From a virus (taxonomy: Duplodnaviria; Caudoviricetes), in the IMG/VR virus record IMGVR_UViG_3300025118_000020, positions 1 through 52,900 of that record: DNA of 52,900 nt; one strand, 5' to 3'. Below, piece after piece: positions 1 to 9,349 of this stretch. The position numbers and the translations under genes are program-made. Positions within the stretch are counted from its first letter, which is position 1; each line of letters begins with the position of its first letter. The notes beneath the pieces were generated by a model. That model was not told the DNA's origin, did not search any database, and saw only the letters and a list, made by a program, of their open reading frames with translations.

Positions 1-71
1 CCCAATTTTCTTAATTTCTGTTGGTATAAAGAACTGTTATTTGATATTATTCGTCTTTCGTCGTATCTCAA
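1..71 (-). CDS. Partial CDS (5' end only), probable baseplate protein (gp53/LysM-type by position)
   Basis: TTG at 71 overlaps the TGA of the upstream gene and follows GGAG; reads MRYDERRIISNNSSLYQQKLRKL, open to the window edge. Product inferred from position only. Confidence 0.5.
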   Translation of the reverse strand, partial: MRYDERRIISNNSSLYQQKLRKL

Positions 72-1162
72 GTTACATCTCCGGCGCGGCTGTGCGCCTC
101 GTGCCACGAGCCGGCCTCGCGCGTAGAGGCTGCATCCTGGAATTCTCGGATCTCCCGAGAAGCTTCTTTCATGACACGTTCGCGATCCGCATTCCAAGCT
201 CGCTCGCTGGCGAGGGCGCGGCCGTGCGCATCCTGCCCAGCGTCGTCGAGCTCAGCGGGGTGGGTACTGACCCAGGCGCTGCTGCCATCGGTGCCGGTGT
301 CGCGCAGGGCGGCGGATGGAGGGGGGCCATCCGCCGGGCTCGCCTGTGGGTCGTCGGCACCTTTGAGTTCCTTCTTGGGCTTCTTCTCCCCGCCGGTCAC
401 TCCAGTTTTCTGGGCGTTTGAGTTGATACCATACGGGAATTCATTAACCAGAAACTTACCATCAGGATCAGACCCCAACACTTCACCGTGAAGCACCGTG
501 AAATCAAACCCAATTGATATTTCCTTTGGTATCATGTTGCCGTCGTCGTCCCACAAGAAACCAACCTCCACTTCGTGGGTGATGTTTAAACTTCCTATGA
601 ACCCAGATAACCAATTTGATCCCTTGCTAGCTCCCGAGATTAGATTCGCGAATTTAATCTCGACAACGGGGGCTGCTTGGGGAACGGGGGGTGCGCCGCC
701 AGGAGGCTGCATCCACACTGGGTATAGGAAGTTCACCAACCTTCCAATCTGCGCTATGTTGAATCGTCCCTCTGATTTGCTGGCCGAAACAACCTTAAAC
801 GATAGCGCTATTTTCCTCGAAGTTCTCTGAAATGTGGGAATGGGATCCATCCTTGCAAAAACGGCCTCTTCGTTCCAGCTTGAACCAAAGGAATCAGAAA
901 AACCAGTTATCATTGCCCGGAACCTTGCTACTTTCTTTTGGTTACCAAAAACCTGACGGATCAAAATATGGGCTTGTTCATTCTTCTCAAGCCCCGCCGG
1001 CTCCAAAGAAGGTCGCGAGTGAGACTTCCGCCACTTGGCCAGCTGGCGTGGGCCATCTTTGTTGAAGTCGTCGAGATCTGGGGCCCAATCGGGTCTCGGT
1101 TTTGATGGCGATGCTCTTTTTTTCTGTTGAATTATTTCATCTGGTAGAAAATGGTGCGGCAT
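68..1162 (-). CDS. Putative baseplate / tail-tube initiator protein (gp48/gp54-like) with GC-rich low-complexity C-terminal tail
   Basis: 364-aa ORF directly after the tape measure gene; segment FSDSFGSSWNEEAVFARMDPIPTFQRTSRKIALSFKV resembles tube-fold baseplate initiators of myophages. Confidence 0.6.
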   Translation of the reverse strand: MPHHFLPDEIIQQKKRASPSKPRPDWAPDLDDFNKDGPRQLAKWRKSHSRPSLEPAGLEKNEQAHILIRQVFGNQKKVARFRAMITGFSDSFGSSWNEEAVFARMDPIPTFQRTSRKIALSFKVVSASKSEGRFNIAQIGRLVNFLYPVWMQPPGGAPPVPQAAPVVEIKFANLISGASKGSNWLSGFIGSLNITHEVEVGFLWDDDGNMIPKEISIGFDFTVLHGEVLGSDPDGKFLVNEFPYGINSNAQKTGVTGGEKKPKKELKGADDPQASPADGPPPSAALRDTGTDGSSAWVSTHPAELDDAGQDAHGRALASERAWNADRERVMKEASREIREFQDAASTREAGSWHEAHSRAGDVT

Positions 1163-1189
1163 TTTATTGTTTACAACCCAAGATTAGCG

Positions 1190-3832
1190 CTAGTATATAC
1201 GCGCTGCTGATCCCGGTGAAGCCCTCCTGTTATCTAAACTTGTTCTCTTTGCTGATCGTGCTGTAACTACACCATTTTGTACGAGGTTTATTTCCCCAAT
1301 AGAAGTTGCAATAGCCAGCGCGGTATCATGCCCAGTCTGCCCAAGCTTATTCAAAATCCCCCTTAACAAACCATTTGTTACTGATGAACCCCCGGCAGTG
1401 GAAGTTGCAGCTTCCGAGTTATAAGCCGCTGCCGTAGCAGCAACGGATTGTGCCAAATTAACGTTATTCGCATCAAGATTATTTACTGCATGGATTGTAT
1501 TACCAAATGCGTTGGCGGCTGGACTGGCATCTGGGCCCCCTGCAGCATTGGCCTCGTTTATCATCTTGGCTATTTCGGCCATCGCTTCAAGCTTTTCGAG
1601 GGGCAACAACAATAATCCAACCGCAAGGGCAGCAAATCCAGCGCCCAGCGAAAGCATCGCGTGCCCAGCAGCAGCTGAAACGGATGCCAGCGTGGCGACC
1701 AACGGAACGAGCAGCGTTGTTGATGCCAGCACTTTCTCAATCCCAGAAGCATTCCTTCCAAGTGAATCGGCCAAAGAAGCCATCCCTTCGGAAGCCATCC
1801 AAACGCCTGCGCCAATCCCCAAGAATGCTGCTCCCATTGCCAGAAGGGGTGGAACCGCAGCCCAGCCCACAGATGCCACCGCGACTAAACCAACAGTCAA
1901 AACCCCAAAAGCCAAAGTCATTGACATGAGAAGGGGTACAACGGCCTGCATTTCTGGTCCCGATAGTCTTCCGAGGGCATCAACCAGATTAACAATACCG
2001 GTAGTGGCCAACCAAATACCCGCGCCGACTCCCAACACGGCAGCGCCAAAGGCAAGAAGACCAACGGCGCCTCCCTGTGCTGCCTTTCCTGCTGTGCCCG
2101 CGCTCACGCCGACTGCTTGAATAGCAGGCCCGGTGGCGGCAAGACTACTTGATAATACAGAAGATAAGGCGGCTCCCAAGCCAAGAACCTTTCCAGTAAA
2201 GAAGACAATGATCCCAGTTCCAAGGGCAAATACTCCAAACCAATCGCCCATGGTTTTCTGAAGGGACAGAATTTGATCCGCGAGCCAGCCAAGAGGTTTC
2301 AAAAGGAATGACATATTCATAGCAAAGCTCTTTGCAATCGCTGAGAACTTCTGGACAACAGACATTGCATCTTGTGTAACCTTTTTAAATTTTTCTTCTG
2401 ACATCGTCGCAGATTCTACACGAGACTGCATCACTCTATATTCAGAGGAACTCATTCCAAGAAGTTTATTCGCTTGGGCCATATCTTTGATGCCGGCGGC
2501 GTTTGCAATCGCAATCTGTTGAAATTTCCCCATCGTCGAAAATTGTCTACCTGATGCTTCTATGGCCGCAATCGTTAATCCAATTCTTTCGTGTTCTTCT
2601 GCATTTATCATCTGAACTGTGTTCAGGTATGGACCACCCAATAGGGCGTTCAACTTACCAACGGCAGTTGCACCAGTGGCAAACACATCAAACTGGCCAG
2701 CATAGCTAAGCAGCGCGGCCATCTCGGCGCCGCTTGCTTTTGCGGCGGCAGCGAGGCCCTGGAAAACGTTAATCATATTTCCGCCGTGTGCGGCCAGTTG
2801 AGAAGAAGCTTGCGTAAACTGTGTAAAAATAACTTCGGGTGGCACCTTGAGTGCCTGCCCCAGTCCAACAAGGTTCCGCGTTGTAGAGACCGCTTGCGAC
2901 GATGACATTTTGAGGCCCTTGGTCATAAAGTCCAAGGCTTGAGCGGCTTGTCTCGATCCCACCCCAAATCGATCAAGAAGGGCGGTCGTCTGAACGAGAT
3001 TCATCTGGGCTGATTTATTCATCTCCGAGAATCCAGCCATGTTTGAGAACAAATCACCAGTCGCTCTCGCAGCCTGTGCCGTTGAAACGCCATATGTTCT
3101 TAAATTAATGTGTGAATCAATGATGATATCATTATAAGCGCCGCCTGCGCCGGTTGCTTGCTTGAAGCTTGCGATGGCTGCATCTTGTTCCTTAAGGAGA
3201 GCCACGGTTGCTTCTGTAACCTTGGTAATGAGTCCGCCACCCATGTTGGATACGGAAAACTGCTCTCTCATTGCCGCCGTTAAGGAGCCCATGCTCCCTC
3301 GCATCGTGGCCAACTGAAGAATTTGGCCCTCTGTCGTGTTTACCCACGCGTCAGTAACGCCGAGGAGGCCTCCCATCGTGCCAGAGAGATTGCCAGCAAG
3401 TTGAGTTCTCTTTTTAAGCTGCGCCATTCCCGCTGTTTCAAGGTCCAAGGCCTTCTTCATTGCTGGGACTTGGCCGCTCTCTATTGCGGTTTTTACTTCC
3501 CTTAATAATCTTAATCTTTGTGCTTGTTCTCCTGTTAAGCCGGCGGCGGTGTCCTTAATGCGGGTAAGGTAGCCGACTTGCGTGTCAAGTTCAACATTAC
3601 TCAGACTAAGATATTCTCGCATTCTTTCAGCAGCTTGAATACGAATCTCTGCTTGGGTTTGGATTAATTCTGATTGTTTTATTTGCTCGCCAGATAGTTG
3701 ACGAATGCGTAGCTCTACATTCTCTTTTCTACGCCTGAGTTCAAGATCTTGTTCATAGAGAGCATTAAGCTCCCCTTGAAGCTCTATCTCTGATTGTATT
3801 TTTTTTATAGGTCCTTCTTCGTCAGCAGCCAT
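1190..3832 (-). CDS. Tail tape measure protein
   Basis: 880 aa, helical, Ala/Gly/Met-rich, N-terminal coiled coil and long hydrophobic repeat region; lies downstream of tube and chaperone genes. Confidence 0.85.
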   Translation of the reverse strand: MAADEEGPIKKIQSEIELQGELNALYEQDLELRRRKENVELRIRQLSGEQIKQSELIQTQAEIRIQAAERMREYLSLSNVELDTQVGYLTRIKDTAAGLTGEQAQRLRLLREVKTAIESGQVPAMKKALDLETAGMAQLKKRTQLAGNLSGTMGGLLGVTDAWVNTTEGQILQLATMRGSMGSLTAAMREQFSVSNMGGGLITKVTEATVALLKEQDAAIASFKQATGAGGAYNDIIIDSHINLRTYGVSTAQAARATGDLFSNMAGFSEMNKSAQMNLVQTTALLDRFGVGSRQAAQALDFMTKGLKMSSSQAVSTTRNLVGLGQALKVPPEVIFTQFTQASSQLAAHGGNMINVFQGLAAAAKASGAEMAALLSYAGQFDVFATGATAVGKLNALLGGPYLNTVQMINAEEHERIGLTIAAIEASGRQFSTMGKFQQIAIANAAGIKDMAQANKLLGMSSSEYRVMQSRVESATMSEEKFKKVTQDAMSVVQKFSAIAKSFAMNMSFLLKPLGWLADQILSLQKTMGDWFGVFALGTGIIVFFTGKVLGLGAALSSVLSSSLAATGPAIQAVGVSAGTAGKAAQGGAVGLLAFGAAVLGVGAGIWLATTGIVNLVDALGRLSGPEMQAVVPLLMSMTLAFGVLTVGLVAVASVGWAAVPPLLAMGAAFLGIGAGVWMASEGMASLADSLGRNASGIEKVLASTTLLVPLVATLASVSAAAGHAMLSLGAGFAALAVGLLLLPLEKLEAMAEIAKMINEANAAGGPDASPAANAFGNTIHAVNNLDANNVNLAQSVAATAAAYNSEAATSTAGGSSVTNGLLRGILNKLGQTGHDTALAIATSIGEINLVQNGVVTARSAKRTSLDNRRASPGSAARIY

Positions 3833-3843
3833 TAATTAAAATC

Positions 3844-4167
3844 CTATTTGAGGGGCCATTTAATTCCGGTAGAGGTCTCAAATTTTGAGACAGCCCTGTC
3901 AAGATCCGCCTTACTTCTAAATGTTGATGGGTCACTAAGCCCGTGTCTTTGTAGGGCCTTCATATAAGAAGACTCTTGTGCAACCGTTGCTGCAAAATCC
4001 CGAATACTGGATTTTGATCCTCGAACTTGAAACCCCAAGTTATTCAGCCCAAACATTCTTTTAAGAAGTAGCTCAATCGCGGTTCCCATTTGCCGTAAAA
4101 AACTTTCATTTAATTGTTCTTTATCAACAGTTAGGTCAATAACGATTTCTTGTTTAAGGTCGTCCAC
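3844..4167 (-). CDS. Hypothetical protein (107 aa) between tail chaperones and tape measure
   Basis: ORF track starts at 4182 (TTG); GTG at 4167 follows GGAGGG and is the better start. Preceded by a terminator and an ACTATTTA motif. Confidence 0.75.
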   Translation of the reverse strand: MDDLKQEIVIDLTVDKEQLNESFLRQMGTAIELLLKRMFGLNNLGFQVRGSKSSIRDFAATVAQESSYMKALQRHGLSDPSTFRSKADLDRAVSKFETSTGIKWPLK

Positions 4168-4189
4168 AATAAATCCCTCCAATGCTTTG

Positions 4190-4197
4190 TAAATAGT
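4190..4197 (-). promoter_or_regulatory. ACTATTTA motif, putative late promoter
   Basis: About 23 nt upstream of GTG 4167, directly after a terminator; same motif recurs before other structural genes. Confidence 0.6.
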
Positions 4198-4203
4198 TAT
4201 AAG

Positions 4204-4232
4204 ATAAAAATAAAGCCGGCGTGGGCCGGCTT
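4204..4232 (-). terminator. Rho-independent terminator
   Basis: AAGCCGGC-CCAC-GCCGGCTT stem-loop followed by TATTTTTAT on the minus strand, just after the stop at 4241. Confidence 0.8.
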
Positions 4233-4240
4233 GTTATTTT

Positions 4241-4442
4241 TTAAGGAGACTTTGATTTTCGACGGGCCTCTTCCATCTGTTTTCTTTCTTCTTCGAACTG
4301 TTTTCCTAAACGTGTAAGAAACCACCTCCTGAGTCCAACAGGAAGATTGTACGCTTCAAAAAAACTCCACCCGCCATGGTATTTTAAAAGAAAAAACTCT
4401 TCATAAACGCTTTTTAAGTATTCATCACTGAGGCCAAAAAAA
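4241..4442 (-). CDS. gp51-like baseplate hub / tail assembly chaperone segment, probably expressed as a frameshift extension of 4425..5285
   Basis: Reads FFGLSDEYLKSVYEEFFLLKYHGGWSFFEAYNLPVGLRRWFLTRL, gp51-like; no convincing own start; begins at a T7 run shared with the upstream ORF. Confidence 0.7.
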
Positions 4443-5285
4443 GTCTGTGGTAAACGGGACATCAACCATCGTTGAAGCGCCACATTCGCCACAGACATAT
4501 TCCTCCTTCAGTTCAACTGCCGGGGCACACTCTTGATATGTCGTTCTGATATATCTTGAATCGCCTGCAGGGCATGCTCCAATAAATGACTCAATCACTT
4601 GCTTATCGGTTTGTCCGTTAATGGAAACAATGATGGTTCTCAGCTGATTTGTAAGCGCACTTTCAGGAAGTTTTAGTTTCTTTTGTCTTTCGGAAAGCTT
4701 TAGCAAGCTTTTTTCGTCGGCACCCGACAAGAGACGACATTCGACAGCGACACCAAGTTTGGGGGTTCTCATGATGAAAGTCCCTACCTCGGTTTGTTGG
4801 ACATTTAATTCCTCTAGATCTCCGGAAGTTCTTCTATCGGCCGCTTCCAGGTTGAACTCGTGTCTTCCGTGGGAAAAACAAATTGGGCAAATAATCTTTG
4901 TATCGTATTCACTCCCATATCCGTTAATTCGACAAGAAATAAGAATTGCATTCTTATCTCCAAGCAAAAGGGTGTTGGGATCAATAGACCTGTCTACAAG
5001 AACGCTCCTGATCAAGCGGTCGATGGCCAGCCCCTTTTTTAATAAAGATTTGTCCGCAAGGATATCTTCTTCCTTGGCGGTCATATACTTAATTTCTACG
5101 CACTCTTCATTGTGTAGGGGGTGAGCGGGAGGATAGAATTGGCCCCCGGACGGAAGATCAACGAACTCCGTGGGGGCGACGAACGATAAACTGTTTTGGT
5201 TTTCTGAAATTAAATCTTGAATTGCTGGACTAACTTCTGCGTGGACCGGGTTTGATGTTACCCGGTCTTGATTATTTCTTGACAT
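4425..5285 (-). CDS. Baseplate hub assembly protein / tail chaperone (T4 gp26-like)
   Basis: VDLPSGGQFY and MTAKEEDIL motifs, two CxxC pairs (CPIC, CGEC), C-terminal FFWP; GAGGAG RBS. Confidence 0.8.
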   Translation of the reverse strand: MSRNNQDRVTSNPVHAEVSPAIQDLISENQNSLSFVAPTEFVDLPSGGQFYPPAHPLHNEECVEIKYMTAKEEDILADKSLLKKGLAIDRLIRSVLVDRSIDPNTLLLGDKNAILISCRINGYGSEYDTKIICPICFSHGRHEFNLEAADRRTSGDLEELNVQQTEVGTFIMRTPKLGVAVECRLLSGADEKSLLKLSERQKKLKLPESALTNQLRTIIVSINGQTDKQVIESFIGACPAGDSRYIRTTYQECAPAVELKEEYVCGECGASTMVDVPFTTDFFWPQ

Positions 5286-5335
5286 TTTCTCCTCTTAGGT
5301 TTGAATATAATATAAATTTAGCGGGGGTTATCCAA

Positions 5336-5923
5336 TCATTTGCCGCCTGCCCAGGCGGCGGCGAGGTCTGTGAGATCACCGCCCGTAATGACTCTAATGT
5401 CTGGATCTTTCCTGGCATAGTCATACTGAATTGTTAGGCCAATTTCGACCAAGTCATCAGCACCATAATCCAAATCGCCATAGTCCACCATCTTGATCCA
5501 GGGATTAACAAGAATCCAGGCTTCAATATCATTTCCCTTGTGATCAAGTTGTACAATCTGGAATTCATTCCCGAACGCGCTGACCGATGCCCCCTTCGTG
5601 ATTGCTCTCTTACTCGATTGTGGGTCTTCAGGAATTGTATAGCCTGATTTTGTCATCATCTCATCGATAATTGTGACAATATCTCTTTCACCACCAATGT
5701 CAACCAAAGAGAGGCTAACTTCTTTCCATTCCAAACGAGCAGGAAAATGAAAGGTATGGTTGAGCCACTTGTGTGCAACGGAACCAATTTCAAAACTTGG
5801 CTTCCTTACGTTTTTTGCAGCCAACTGTAAGGCTCCATGATCGGTATTGGTGAATCTAACTATCCACCGAAATTTTCGCTTAGGGTCTGAGAATTGTGAG
5901 CCCCAAAAAGGTGCTGTCGGCAT
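5336..5923 (-). CDS. Tail tube protein (gp19-like)
   Basis: 195 aa directly after sheath; DPKRKFRW N-terminus, W-x-L-x-N-P-W and LTIQYDYA tube-like motifs; AGGAGG RBS. Confidence 0.85.
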   Translation of the reverse strand: MPTAPFWGSQFSDPKRKFRWIVRFTNTDHGALQLAAKNVRKPSFEIGSVAHKWLNHTFHFPARLEWKEVSLSLVDIGGERDIVTIIDEMMTKSGYTIPEDPQSSKRAITKGASVSAFGNEFQIVQLDHKGNDIEAWILVNPWIKMVDYGDLDYGADDLVEIGLTIQYDYARKDPDIRVITGGDLTDLAAAWAGGK

Positions 5924-5954
5924 TATCTTATTCCTCCTTCAAGAATAACCACAC

Positions 5955-5962
5955 TAAATAGC
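5955..5962 (-). promoter_or_regulatory. GCTATTTA variant of the putative late promoter motif
   Basis: Intergenic, about 32 nt upstream of the tube start codon. Confidence 0.5.
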
Positions 5963-5974
5963 CTTTGAACAAAT

Positions 5975-8900
5975 TTATTCTTCAAAAGAAGCTCCTGTTG
6001 ACGTAATGATAAAGTCAAGAGCAATAAATTCGATTGCTCGCGCTGGTTTCAAGAAAATCTTAGCATACATGATGTTTCTATCAACTAGCTCAGGGGTGGT
6101 TGTGGTTCTATCAAGAACCAACTTATAATCGGTTAAACCAAACCTTGCTTGAACTGTTGCAAGAAGCGGCGTGACCTGTCCCCTAAAGCGAGCCCACGTA
6201 GCTTCAACATTTTGATCGAACAGGATTCGCGATGCTGCAAATGAAATTTCCTTTTTAAGGAAAATCAACAACCTACGAACATTAATCCTATCCAATGCGG
6301 ATCGTGTGACCTGCAACGTCTTCTGTCCGAAGATCACAATCCCCTCTGCTGGGAAAGTGGCGATCGGGTTAACGTTGTGTTCATAAAGGTCGTCTCGATC
6401 TTTCGATGAGAGTCTTTCTCGGACAGCAACAACCGCGAGCCCAGAATCTCCCTCGCTCAAACCTCCCCGGTTAAATCCGGCAGGTGCGAACCAAAGCTCA
6501 CTTTGTGTTGCACTGTTGCCCATTACACCGAGGGCGACAACCGAGGGCGGCACCCAAAGGGTTTGACCAGTGGTCGCAGTATCCCTAACCAGCACCCAGG
6601 GATAATAAGCACAGCCGTAGCTAGAATTAATATTTCTATCCTTTAGCGCATTAACTGTGTTTGTTACATCTCCGAGATTATCGCCTTCTGAGAAGGGGGT
6701 CGTACGCTCAGAACGAGGCGTATACCCATTTTCCAGATCGATAATCGCGAGAACATCCCCTCGTTCCTCACAGTTATCAATGAGGCGGTCGGTTAAGAGG
6801 TCTTTTGTTAGCCCAGGGACAGCGGCCAGATTAATATCAAGGCCTTCTGCGTCCTGTACCATATCAATGGCCCTACGATAAGTATTATACACGAAGTTGT
6901 TCGCTTCAGTTACGGCGCCAGTCATTAGCCTATTGGCTAGTGGTTCCCGCTCACGAACATCGAATCCATCAAAGCCACCAAACAGTGGTAATGTGAACTT
7001 ATCGTATCCAAGCTTAGTCAATCCATCCAAATCAGCCGTATAGTTGATACCGTTCAACGTGGTTGCATTAACCGTTAAGGATGTACCATTCACTCGTGAG
7101 CCAGAATTATACACCGCGACAACCATCTTGTCATTTGCGGTGATAGGTCCACTTGCGCTAAGATCATCCAAGGTAAAGTATACAGAGGTATCAGACAAAT
7201 CACTAACGCTTATTGGCTGTGTTCGAACGAGGTCTAGGTAGGATTCTTGGAATAATCGGCCACCCTCCAGTGTTCGTGTTTCAAGACCAAAGTACGCATT
7301 TCTCGCGTCACTGAGCGTTCTGTCATCAGCCGTGACTCTTAAATTAATTTTTGGATACTGAACGGTACCAGAGAACGCACCCGAAGAGGTGGTCCTAATG
7401 AATTCACCGGCGAGACCACCCTTGATTTCGTCATACCCCGTCACAAAGACCGAAGCCGTGTTCACCACCGTGTAGGCACTGTTCCCAAATGTGTTAGCGC
7501 TGCCGCTTTGAATGAAGAAGGTATTATATCGAGGCGGTCCATAGAATCCAGTTGGAAGTGCCCTCTCATTAATCGCCCCATCTCTTACGGCATCTGTAAC
7601 TTCAACATAGAGATACTTTGATCTATTCTCATAAAAACCATATGTGCGATTTCTTCGACTAACTTCGTCCCACTCCACACGCTGGTCACCGATTACACGA
7701 GCAATAAAATCTGCTGAGTTGGGATTAAGAGAAATATCTTCAAATCTCTCCAAAACAACCTTATTCGCATCAGTGTCTCGTACCGAGCGAACTTCAATTG
7801 AGAAGGTTCCCCACTTGTCATATTCATTATTTGAATATTTAAGATCTCTAATAGAAACTTTAATATTCTTTGCTGTCCAACCATCCTTGGCACGAGCGAC
7901 CAAACGGAACAACCTTAAGTCAGCTACAGAGGGGTCGAAAGCAGACGCCAATCCAAAATCTTGGTGGAAAACCCACCCTGACGATGCGCGTTCACTATCT
8001 TTCTTAAAGTTTCCGCCGCCGGCAGTGTTGGTATAGTCTGCAAGGGGCAAAATCACACCATAATATTTACCAGCTCCCAGAACTCCCTGTTCGTCATCAC
8101 CGCTCCTGAGATTTCCTTCGAAAGTTTCACCAAGCCAATAAATTTGAGCGTCCGTAGCAGTGTTGGTGTCATCGTTCGCCAAAGTAGGATTAGTATTAAA
8201 AACCTTACGGATAAATCTGTTTGAAGCTGGGTTGAAATCAAACGCCGTAGTGCTTACTACGCTAGTTGAGCCATTGTTATTGGTAATCTTCGCCTTAAAG
8301 GCGATTTCGTTGGAATCGCCAACGCTTCCTATTAGAATTCCTGCCCCAGACGTTTCGCCTGACCCAGCATACTGGGTGCCGACCAAGTCAACAGCTCCGC
8401 TGACAGCATCAAAATACCACACCGCGGCTAGAGTACCATTAACAAGTGTTTCCGTGGCACTTCCGCCATCGAATCCAAGTGTAGACCCAGACTCAAAATT
8501 GTCCACAATAACATCAGTGTTCGCGCCCACTGCATTTCTTCGAATTGAAACTGTTTGGTCTTCATCCGGACCGAGGCCGTTGACAGCATAAGTTACCGTT
8601 ACGCCAAGGGTTTGGCTATTAATCGAGGCAGTGACCCGCTCGGCGATGCCCTGAACGTTTGTTGTTCCAAGCAGTCCAACTGTCGTGGTTACTAAAGCGC
8701 TCGCCTCATCAAAAGTGAAAAGAGCATTTCCTAGAGTACCGGTAATTTGGAAAGTGCCGCCATCTAAACTGCCAGTCATTTGACCAAAGTCTGAGCCGTG
8801 ATCAGCTGAGGCAGAAAGAATAATACTACCTGAAGCGAATTCGCCCAAAGATCCCGAATCGAATACGAAGAGGCCCTGTGCGCCGCCGCCGCCATTAGGC

Positions 8901-9280
8901 GAACCATCATAAAGTCCCAGATTATACCCAGGAACTCCCGATGAACCATTGTTAGAAACATGCTCAGATCCAACAAGCCTTACAAAGGTGACAGGAGCAT
9001 TATTTCTCAAATAAGCTTGGGCTGCATACGATGCATACGTAGGGGACGTATAATTTCCATCCCTCCAAACGTCGCCGCCCCGTCCTCCAGGAATAGGTGT
9101 TCCAAAAGTTTCAGCAAATTCGGAAAACGATTGTACTTTAGTTGGGGTCATCGTTGGGCCTCTATCAGATCGGCCAACAACGAGAGGTCCGCGAACTGTT
9201 GTTTCATCCGCTAGGAAAGATCTGTCAATTTCTTCAACAAATACCCCAGGAGAAACAAATTGGAATTTTTTTTCGGACAT
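5975..9280 (-). CDS. Tail sheath protein (gp18-like), unusually long (1101 aa)
   Basis: N-terminal FVSPGVFVEEIDRS; C-terminal WFAPAGFNRG, GQKTLQ, DRINVRRL and KPARAIEFIALDF sheath motifs. Confidence 0.95.
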   Translation of the reverse strand: MSEKKFQFVSPGVFVEEIDRSFLADETTVRGPLVVGRSDRGPTMTPTKVQSFSEFAETFGTPIPGGRGGDVWRDGNYTSPTYASYAAQAYLRNNAPVTFVRLVGSEHVSNNGSSGVPGYNLGLYDGSPNGGGGAQGLFVFDSGSLGEFASGSIILSASADHGSDFGQMTGSLDGGTFQITGTLGNALFTFDEASALVTTTVGLLGTTNVQGIAERVTASINSQTLGVTVTYAVNGLGPDEDQTVSIRRNAVGANTDVIVDNFESGSTLGFDGGSATETLVNGTLAAVWYFDAVSGAVDLVGTQYAGSGETSGAGILIGSVGDSNEIAFKAKITNNNGSTSVVSTTAFDFNPASNRFIRKVFNTNPTLANDDTNTATDAQIYWLGETFEGNLRSGDDEQGVLGAGKYYGVILPLADYTNTAGGGNFKKDSERASSGWVFHQDFGLASAFDPSVADLRLFRLVARAKDGWTAKNIKVSIRDLKYSNNEYDKWGTFSIEVRSVRDTDANKVVLERFEDISLNPNSADFIARVIGDQRVEWDEVSRRNRTYGFYENRSKYLYVEVTDAVRDGAINERALPTGFYGPPRYNTFFIQSGSANTFGNSAYTVVNTASVFVTGYDEIKGGLAGEFIRTTSSGAFSGTVQYPKINLRVTADDRTLSDARNAYFGLETRTLEGGRLFQESYLDLVRTQPISVSDLSDTSVYFTLDDLSASGPITANDKMVVAVYNSGSRVNGTSLTVNATTLNGINYTADLDGLTKLGYDKFTLPLFGGFDGFDVREREPLANRLMTGAVTEANNFVYNTYRRAIDMVQDAEGLDINLAAVPGLTKDLLTDRLIDNCEERGDVLAIIDLENGYTPRSERTTPFSEGDNLGDVTNTVNALKDRNINSSYGCAYYPWVLVRDTATTGQTLWVPPSVVALGVMGNSATQSELWFAPAGFNRGGLSEGDSGLAVVAVRERLSSKDRDDLYEHNVNPIATFPAEGIVIFGQKTLQVTRSALDRINVRRLLIFLKKEISFAASRILFDQNVEATWARFRGQVTPLLATVQARFGLTDYKLVLDRTTTTPELVDRNIMYAKIFLKPARAIEFIALDFIITSTGASFEE

Positions 9281-9317
9281 TATGAGGGTCTCCTTTCAAA
9301 AAACATTTTTGTCTTTG

Positions 9318-9325
9318 TAAATAGT
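9318..9325 (-). promoter_or_regulatory. ACTATTTA motif, putative late promoter
   Basis: Intergenic, about 38 nt upstream of the sheath ATG (AAAGGAG RBS). Confidence 0.6.
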
Positions 9326-9349
9326 TGGAAGATTTCCAAAAAGAATTAA

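Noticed and set aside
4443-4498. ORF-track N-terminus (MSVANVALQRWLMSRLPQ) for the 85-aa ORF
   Set aside because: It overlaps the conserved end of the gp26-like gene and the gp51-like sequence only starts at the T7 run; a frameshift explains it better.
5975-9280. Bacterial contractile injection system or tailocin instead of a phage
   Set aside because: Capsid, portal, protease, scaffold and terminase genes are all present, which indicates a DNA-packaging phage.
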